Positions 58,311-64,000 of a stretch of DNA of 64,000 bases are shown here, one piece after another. The stretch spans positions 2,513-66,512 of the forward strand of contig JAIPFM010000051.1 in the NCBI GenBank assembly GCA_021736645.1, given 5' to 3'. Within the stretch, counting starts at the first letter, position 1. The number at the start of each line of letters is the position of its first letter. A model generated the notes under the pieces. It searched no databases. It was not told the origin of the DNA and worked only from the letters and a program-made list of their open reading frames with translations. Source of the DNA: Phycisphaerae bacterium. GTDB taxonomy: Bacteria > Planctomycetota > Phycisphaerae > Sedimentisphaerales > Anaerobacaceae. A program made the position numbers and the translations under genes.

Positions 58311-59414
58311 ATGACAATGAATCAAGACGAGAGTGAAACGTTGAAACAGCATGCATGCGGTGATACCGGGCCGACACTGTCTGCCCTGGGACTGGGCTGC
58401 TGGCAGTTGGGCGGCGGGGACTACTGGGGACCGTCCGATCAGGCCGGGGCCTCACGGCTTGTCCATCAGGCCGTGGACTGGGGCATCAATTATTTTGACA
58501 CGGCTGAGATGTACAACGAGGGACGCAGCGAGACATTCCTGGGCCGCGCCCTCAAGGGCATGGCCAGGGAGAGGTTCGTGGTGGGCACCAAGGTGTGGCC
58601 CACGCACCTCGATCCTCAGGCCCTGCGGCGCAGTTGCGAAAAATCCCTGAGACGCCTGGACCTGGACAGGATCGATCTGTACATGATTCACTGGCCACTG
58701 GCGACGGACACCTTTGACAGGTTCACGGATGTGTCCAGGCAGGGCGTGAGCGGCCAGACCGGCCGGGCGGTGACTGTGCCGAGCCTGGCCGATGCAGTCG
58801 CGACACTGCTGGAGCTGCAGCGCGAGGGCAAGATCCGCTGGCTCGGGCTCAGCAATTACGGCGCAACTCGACTGAACCACATTCAGCAGGTGGGCGGTGT
58901 GTACGTGGTGGACCAGGTGGCGTACAATCTCGTGACGCGGGCTGCGGAATATGAACTCCTGCCGTACTGCCAGGCGCATCACATCGGGGTCATGACCTAC
59001 ATGACACTCATGCAGGGCCTGCTCACAGACAAGTATCAGACGCTGGACGCCATGCCGGACTGGTATACGCGCACCCGTCACTTCAACTGTCAGCGCAATC
59101 CCAAGACCCGTCATGGTGAATCCGGTGCAGAACCGGAACTGATCCAGGCACTGCAGGGCATTCGTGACCTGGCCCGCGAATACGGATCGTCCATGGCGGA
59201 CCTGGCCCTGCAATGGGTCATTGCCAACCCGGCCGTGACCTGCGCATTGATTGGCACACACAGTCTGGACAGTCTGAAGAAAAATGTCACGGCCGCCGCT
59301 CGGCCCCTGGACCCGGATTTGGTTTACCGCCTGAACAGGATCACCGAGCCACTCAAACATCGCCTGGGCCCTGGCCTGGATATCTTTGAAAACACACAGT
59401 GCGACCGTACATGA
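58311..59414 (+). CDS. aldo/keto reductase
   Basis: 'LGLGCWQLGG...YFDTAEMYNEGRSE' is the AKR signature. Confidence 0.9.
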   Translation: MTMNQDESETLKQHACGDTGPTLSALGLGCWQLGGGDYWGPSDQAGASRLVHQAVDWGINYFDTAEMYNEGRSETFLGRALKGMARERFVVGTKVWPTHLDPQALRRSCEKSLRRLDLDRIDLYMIHWPLATDTFDRFTDVSRQGVSGQTGRAVTVPSLADAVATLLELQREGKIRWLGLSNYGATRLNHIQQVGGVYVVDQVAYNLVTRAAEYELLPYCQAHHIGVMTYMTLMQGLLTDKYQTLDAMPDWYTRTRHFNCQRNPKTRHGESGAEPELIQALQGIRDLAREYGSSMADLALQWVIANPAVTCALIGTHSLDSLKKNVTAAARPLDPDLVYRLNRITEPLKHRLGPGLDIFENTQCDRT

Positions 59415-59540
59415 CTTGGAAAATCCTTAAAACATTCGATGTAATTTGTAAAAACCAGATCCCGCACCGTGCACTTTCTGACACGAATGGCTATAATTGC
59501 TGGGTCGACGAATCTAAATGTTGAGCTAATGAGGTGTCAC

Positions 59541-61409
59541 ATGTGTATCAAAAAATCTGGGCTTCTGCCAATTATTGCGGCTTGTTTGGTGTGCGTGACG
59601 GGCGTGCATGCATCGCCTGTGTCCGTGATCCCTAAACCTGTCAAGATGCAGGTGAATGAGGGATCCTTTGCCTTCGATGCAGGAACCGCAGTGGTCAGTC
59701 CGTCCACGCTGATGTCCCAAGCGCACCTGCTATCCACGCAACTGGCCCGGGCCACAGGATTCGGGGTGCCGGTGAAGGATGCCATTGAGGCCGGGGGGCG
59801 AACGATTCAGCTGCATCTGGAAGAGTCGCAACGCCTTGGCAAGGAGGGCTATCACCTGCAGGTGACACCAGAGCAAATTTCGATCAGGGCCCAGACCCAG
59901 GCCGGGATCTTTTATGGGTGTCAGACACTCAAACAACTGTGCGACCCGGGTATTTATGCGAGCCAGCCCCTTGCGGACCGGCAGTGGCTGATCCCCTGTG
60001 TGGACATCACGGACTATCCGGCCTACCCATGGCGCGGCATGATGCTGGATGTGTCACGCTATTTCCTGGACAAGGAGTTTGTGTTGCGTTATCTCGACAT
60101 CATGGCCCTGCACAAGCTGAATGTGCTGCAGTTACACCTGAACGATGACTGCGGGTGGCGTGTGGAAATCAAGGCGTACCCGGAGCTCACCACTCAGGGT
60201 GCGTTTCGTGGTAAGGGCGCTGAACGCGTGGGCGGTTTCTATTCCCAGGAGGATGTTCGCGAGATGGTCAGATACGCGGCCCAGCGAAACATCACGATTG
60301 TCCCTGAGCTTGAGCTGCCTGCCCATGCCCTGGCTGCGCTGGTGGCGTACCCCTATCTGGGATGTACAGGCAAAGCCCATGAAATGCCCACCAAGCACTT
60401 TATTTCCAAGGATCTCTACTGCCCGGGCAAGGACACCACCTGGACCTTCCTGGAGGGTGTCTTTCAAGAGATCATCACCCTGTTTCCCAGTGAGTATATT
60501 CACATAGGCGGTGACGAGGCCAGCTATGACCGGTGGAAAGAATGCCCGGATTGTCTGGCGAAAATGAAGGCATTGGGTATTGAACCTGGGCACGAATACG
60601 AACTCCAGGGGTGGATGAACCTGCGCATGGAAAAGTTCATGCTGGCGCACCATCGGCGCATCATTGGCTGGGACGAGATCCTCAAGTGCGGTGTCACGCC
60701 CCAGGCTGCGATCATGACCTGGCATCGCCCGGAAACCTCGGTCCAGGGCGCCAAGCGAGGCAATGGCGTGGTCATGGCACTGACGGGCCACTGCTACTTT
60801 GACACACCGGAAAGCAAGCTGCCCGGTGAACTGCCCGGTGCAGGGTGGCTGGCACCGATTACCCTGGAAAAGGCGTATGACTGGGAACCCAGGCCGGAGG
60901 GGCTGAGTGACATTGAGGCACGCAATATACTGGGGGCACAGGGCTGTGTGTGGACAGACATGTTTCTGCACCAGCCCTGGCTTGCTGACGTGCCTGTGCT
61001 GGGCGAAAGACGCTCCGAGTTGTATGTGGAATACTTCAGTCTCCCGCGCATGGCTGCCCTGGCCGAAGTGGTCTGGACGCCCCGGGGGCAGCGTCACTGG
61101 GAAGATTTTCAGCTGCGCATGAGACGGCAGTATACCCGGTATACAAACAGCCAGTTCAATTTCAGGGTCCCGGTGCCCAAGGTCATGGTCCGGGGACCAG
61201 GCAGTCCCTGGGTTGTCACGGTTGAGAATCCCGTGGAAGGGGGCCAGGTCCATTACACGGTGGACGGTACCTTTCCCACGGTCTACTCACCTACCTACCA
61301 GGGGCCAGTGACCGTGGAGGCCAGAGATGCGTTCAGGGCCATGACCGCGGCTGCTGACGGGAAACATCGTAGTCTGGTCTATGAGAGCACATCCGGGTCC
61401 ACACGATAA
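59541..61409 (+). CDS. GH20 beta-N-acetylhexosaminidase
   Basis: Signal peptide. 'RGMMLDVSRYF' and 'IHIGGDEASYDRW' catalytic blocks. Confidence 0.85.
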   Translation: MCIKKSGLLPIIAACLVCVTGVHASPVSVIPKPVKMQVNEGSFAFDAGTAVVSPSTLMSQAHLLSTQLARATGFGVPVKDAIEAGGRTIQLHLEESQRLGKEGYHLQVTPEQISIRAQTQAGIFYGCQTLKQLCDPGIYASQPLADRQWLIPCVDITDYPAYPWRGMMLDVSRYFLDKEFVLRYLDIMALHKLNVLQLHLNDDCGWRVEIKAYPELTTQGAFRGKGAERVGGFYSQEDVREMVRYAAQRNITIVPELELPAHALAALVAYPYLGCTGKAHEMPTKHFISKDLYCPGKDTTWTFLEGVFQEIITLFPSEYIHIGGDEASYDRWKECPDCLAKMKALGIEPGHEYELQGWMNLRMEKFMLAHHRRIIGWDEILKCGVTPQAAIMTWHRPETSVQGAKRGNGVVMALTGHCYFDTPESKLPGELPGAGWLAPITLEKAYDWEPRPEGLSDIEARNILGAQGCVWTDMFLHQPWLADVPVLGERRSELYVEYFSLPRMAALAEVVWTPRGQRHWEDFQLRMRRQYTRYTNSQFNFRVPVPKVMVRGPGSPWVVTVENPVEGGQVHYTVDGTFPTVYSPTYQGPVTVEARDAFRAMTAAADGKHRSLVYESTSGSTR

Positions 61410-61627
61410 ATTTCTGGCCATTCCTGCATGGGCCGTAGGGTGTCAGTCAAGCGTCTTGACAATCGCGAATGCTGCGGGTAAGCTTGAACGGGCTGGTCCT
61501 GGATGGGTTTTTGACAGACACAAGTTAGATCACAGGAAAGACGGCAGATCATTCTGGCGTAGACAATACTATGAAATGCTCACCCTATCATTCAGAGAGC
61601 AGTGTGCAGGACACACGGTACACTGCC

Positions 61628-63967
61628 ATGTTCACGACAGGCCTCCTCTTGACCCTCTTGCTCTTGGGTATTGCAGGGCCTGCCTGTGCTGAAGATTCCA
61701 CCGCGGACTATGTCGGATCCACGTCCTGCCGCGCGTGTCACGAGTCGTTTTATCAGCTCTGGGCACCTTCGCATCATGGGTTGGCCATGCAGCCCTATAC
61801 CCGGGAGTTTGCCAGGGCCAGTCTCACGGACCACCCCGATGTCCTCGAGATCGGGGACTTCTCCTATCACGCAGACATCTCCGGGGAAACCGGTGTCATT
61901 GTGGAAACGGGTGCGGACAAAGAGACACGTTATGAGATCGCCCATGTGCTGGGCGGCAAGAATGTTTTTTACTTTTTGACGCCCTATGACAGAGGCCGCC
62001 TGCAGACCCTGCCGCTGGCGTATGATGTCAACAAGAAACACTGGTTCGATACCGCGGCCAGCGGCGTGCGCCACTTTCCCGGGACAGAACGTGACATGGC
62101 CGTGCACTGGACGGATCCCATGTATACCTTTAACACGTCCTGCTACAGTTGTCACGTCAGTCAGCTCAAGAGCAACTACGACCTCACCACAGATACCTAC
62201 AACACCCAGTGGGCCGAGCCGGGCATCAATTGCGAGACCTGTCACGGTCCGTCGGAAAAGCATGTGACAACCTATCAGAAGGCCAAGGAAACCGGCGTCA
62301 AGCCCGCCGAGCTGGGGCTGATCAGTACGCATGTGTTCACCCCTGAGCAGACCAATTCCATGTGCAATTCCTGCCACGCCAAGATGTCACCCATCACCGT
62401 CTCTTTTATGGCCGGCGAGAACTACTTTGACCACTATGATCTGGTGGCCCTGGAGAATGTGGATTTTTATCCGGATGGCCGGGACCTGGGCGAAAACTAT
62501 ACCATGACCAGTTGGCGCATGAGTCCCTGTGTCCAAAAGGGTGAAATGGACTGTATGCACTGCCATACCTCCAGCGGACGCTACCGATTCAAGGAGCCCG
62601 CCGTGGCCAATGACGCCTGCCTGCCGTGCCATCAAGGCAAGGTGGCCAATATCGAGGCCCATTCACACCACAAACCCGGAGACGAGGCCCCGGCGTGCAT
62701 TGGGTGTCACATGCCCATGACCCAGTTTGCGCACATGAATCGCACGGATCACTCCATGCGTCCGCCTGTGCCGGCCGCCACGCTTAAATACAAGTCCAAC
62801 AATGCCTGTAATTTCTGCCACCAGGACAAGGATGCGGCATGGGCCCAGACCCAGGTCACGGAGTGGGGCCGCGTGACGCGCCAGGCGCAGTACATGAAAC
62901 TGGCCGGGTACATTGACCAGGCTCGCCATCAGAACTGGCAGCAGTTGGATCAGATCCTGGCCTATGTCCAACAACCGGACCGTGACGAGATCTTCGCAGG
63001 CTCACTGATTCGCCTGGTGCGTGCCAGTGACTCTCCGAAAAAGTGGCCCGTACTGATTGCGGCATTGGAGAAAGATCCGTCACCCTTTGTGCGAGCTGCT
63101 GCGGCCGAGGCCCTGGACGGCTATTATACGGATGATGCCCTGAAGGCCCTGTTGGCAGCCACAAAGGACAAGTATCGTCTCGTGCGTGTACGTGCCGGCA
63201 GCAGTATGGCGTCCATACCGCCGGGGCAGCTCCCTGCCACTCAGCAGCAGGATCTGGATCGGGCCATTGCGGAATTGATCGATGGCATGACCGCACGCTC
63301 GGACAATTACGGCTCGTACTATAATCTTGGCAATGTGTACATGGCCCAGCGCAAGCTCGATCAGGCTGTCACGGCATTCCAAACGGCGAGCAAGCTCCGG
63401 CCGGATTTTGTACCGCCCTATGTGAATGCTGCGTTTGTGTACAATGCCCAGGGGAACAATGTCAAGGCGGAGCAGAGTTTTCGAAAGGCCCTGTCACTGG
63501 ACCCCAACAATGTGATCACGCTCACCAATCTGGCCATGCTGCTCGGTGAAATGGGACGCACCCGGGAGATGGAGACGACTTTTCGTCAGGTGTTGAGTCA
63601 TGATCCCAATTCCGCAACGGCCAGCTATAATCTGGGTGTCCTGCTGGCCGATTCGAAGCCTGTCGAGTCCTTGGCCTGGTGCAAACGGGCCTATGAGTTG
63701 CGTCCGGACGATCCCAAGTATGTTTATACCTACGCCTTTTATCTGAAAGAGCAGGGCCGTGTGCCCCAGGCCATTGAGGTGCTGCAGAAGGTGGTAGGCA
63801 ATCAGACCGCTTCTGCTGATGCCTATATGCTGCTGGGCAGTCTGTTGGAAGGCCTCGGTGACCTGGCCAGAGCCAGGCAAGTCTACGGGCAGGGCGCTCG
63901 GAATCCCTCTCTGCCGCAGCAGGTTCGCGCCTATTTCCAGGGACAGGCGCAGCGTCTGGGAGGATGA
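61628..63967 (+). CDS. secreted multiheme cytochrome c (8 CxxCH) fused to C-terminal HEAT/TPR repeat domain
   Basis: Signal peptide. Eight CxxCH motifs (CRACH, CYSCH, CETCH, CNSCH, CMHCH, CLPCH, CIGCH, CNFCH), followed by TPR-like repeats. Confidence 0.8.
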   Translation: MFTTGLLLTLLLLGIAGPACAEDSTADYVGSTSCRACHESFYQLWAPSHHGLAMQPYTREFARASLTDHPDVLEIGDFSYHADISGETGVIVETGADKETRYEIAHVLGGKNVFYFLTPYDRGRLQTLPLAYDVNKKHWFDTAASGVRHFPGTERDMAVHWTDPMYTFNTSCYSCHVSQLKSNYDLTTDTYNTQWAEPGINCETCHGPSEKHVTTYQKAKETGVKPAELGLISTHVFTPEQTNSMCNSCHAKMSPITVSFMAGENYFDHYDLVALENVDFYPDGRDLGENYTMTSWRMSPCVQKGEMDCMHCHTSSGRYRFKEPAVANDACLPCHQGKVANIEAHSHHKPGDEAPACIGCHMPMTQFAHMNRTDHSMRPPVPAATLKYKSNNACNFCHQDKDAAWAQTQVTEWGRVTRQAQYMKLAGYIDQARHQNWQQLDQILAYVQQPDRDEIFAGSLIRLVRASDSPKKWPVLIAALEKDPSPFVRAAAAEALDGYYTDDALKALLAATKDKYRLVRVRAGSSMASIPPGQLPATQQQDLDRAIAELIDGMTARSDNYGSYYNLGNVYMAQRKLDQAVTAFQTASKLRPDFVPPYVNAAFVYNAQGNNVKAEQSFRKALSLDPNNVITLTNLAMLLGEMGRTREMETTFRQVLSHDPNSATASYNLGVLLADSKPVESLAWCKRAYELRPDDPKYVYTYAFYLKEQGRVPQAIEVLQKVVGNQTASADAYMLLGSLLEGLGDLARARQVYGQGARNPSLPQQVRAYFQGQAQRLGG

Positions 63968-64000
63968 TAGACATCATACCATCGGGTTGACAGATCAGAT

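Noticed and set aside
48031-61253. Multiple 250-370-aa antisense ORFs across the GH95/GH97/GH29/PL6/enolase/AKR/GH20 genes (e.g. 49827-50645, 51189-52136, 53365-54171, 54313-55053, 57109-58113, 58452-59360, 60132-61253)
   Set aside because: Each is embedded in a gene with strong family signatures on the + strand. They are high-GC reverse-frame artefacts.

Overview
This is a high-GC (about 55-60%) bacterial chromosomal window, by my reading from a Gram-negative PVC-type (Planctomycetes/Verrucomicrobia-like) heterotroph. The clues are lpxB, many signal-peptide, lipoprotein and Tat-exported proteins, FG-GAP, DUF1080 and LTD-CotH proteins, and a multiheme cytochrome. Most of the window is a glycan-degradation neighbourhood. 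It holds two GH29 alpha-L-fucosidases, a GH95, a GH97 and a GH20, a PL6 lyase and an alginate-lyase-like lyase, GH99-like and GH106-like hydrolases, an acetyl-esterase-like alpha/beta hydrolase, an HGSNAT-like acyltransferase, an enolase-superfamily dehydratase and an aldo-keto reductase. This composition is consistent with use of fucosylated or sulfated polysaccharides. Housekeeping genes are interspersed: tkt, lpxB, a U32 peptidase, and a three-gene sulfide-dependent homocysteine module (COG1900/DUF39, NIL-ferredoxin, UPF0280). The most unusual region is 24.6-34.1 kb. A minus-strand operon there encodes a short NfeD-like protein, an SPFH/flotillin, a giant 1785-aa cytoplasmic AAA+ ATPase, a DUF4177 protein and a small membrane protein. 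Both flanks carry arrays of a 'TTCACGGTT' box, phased at 15 bp on the left, and there is a perfect 10-bp palindrome operator nearby. The same boxes sit at the start of an adjacent hypothetical-plus-rhomboid operon and upstream of a YkgJ-type cysteine-cluster gene. Other oddities are listed below. There are two paralogous giant LTD-CotH-LTD secreted proteins with near-identical extended -10 promoters. An FG-GAP gene is interrupted by an in-frame TGA followed by a perfect hairpin. There are tandem-duplicated NIPSNAP-like lipoproteins, a MITE-like element with 16-bp terminal inverted repeats, a hybrid histidine kinase whose phospho-acceptor His is replaced by Gln, and a truncated GH20-like remnant. 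Many long antisense ORFs in the six-frame track are high-GC artefacts and were not called. No rRNA, tRNA or CRISPR arrays were seen.
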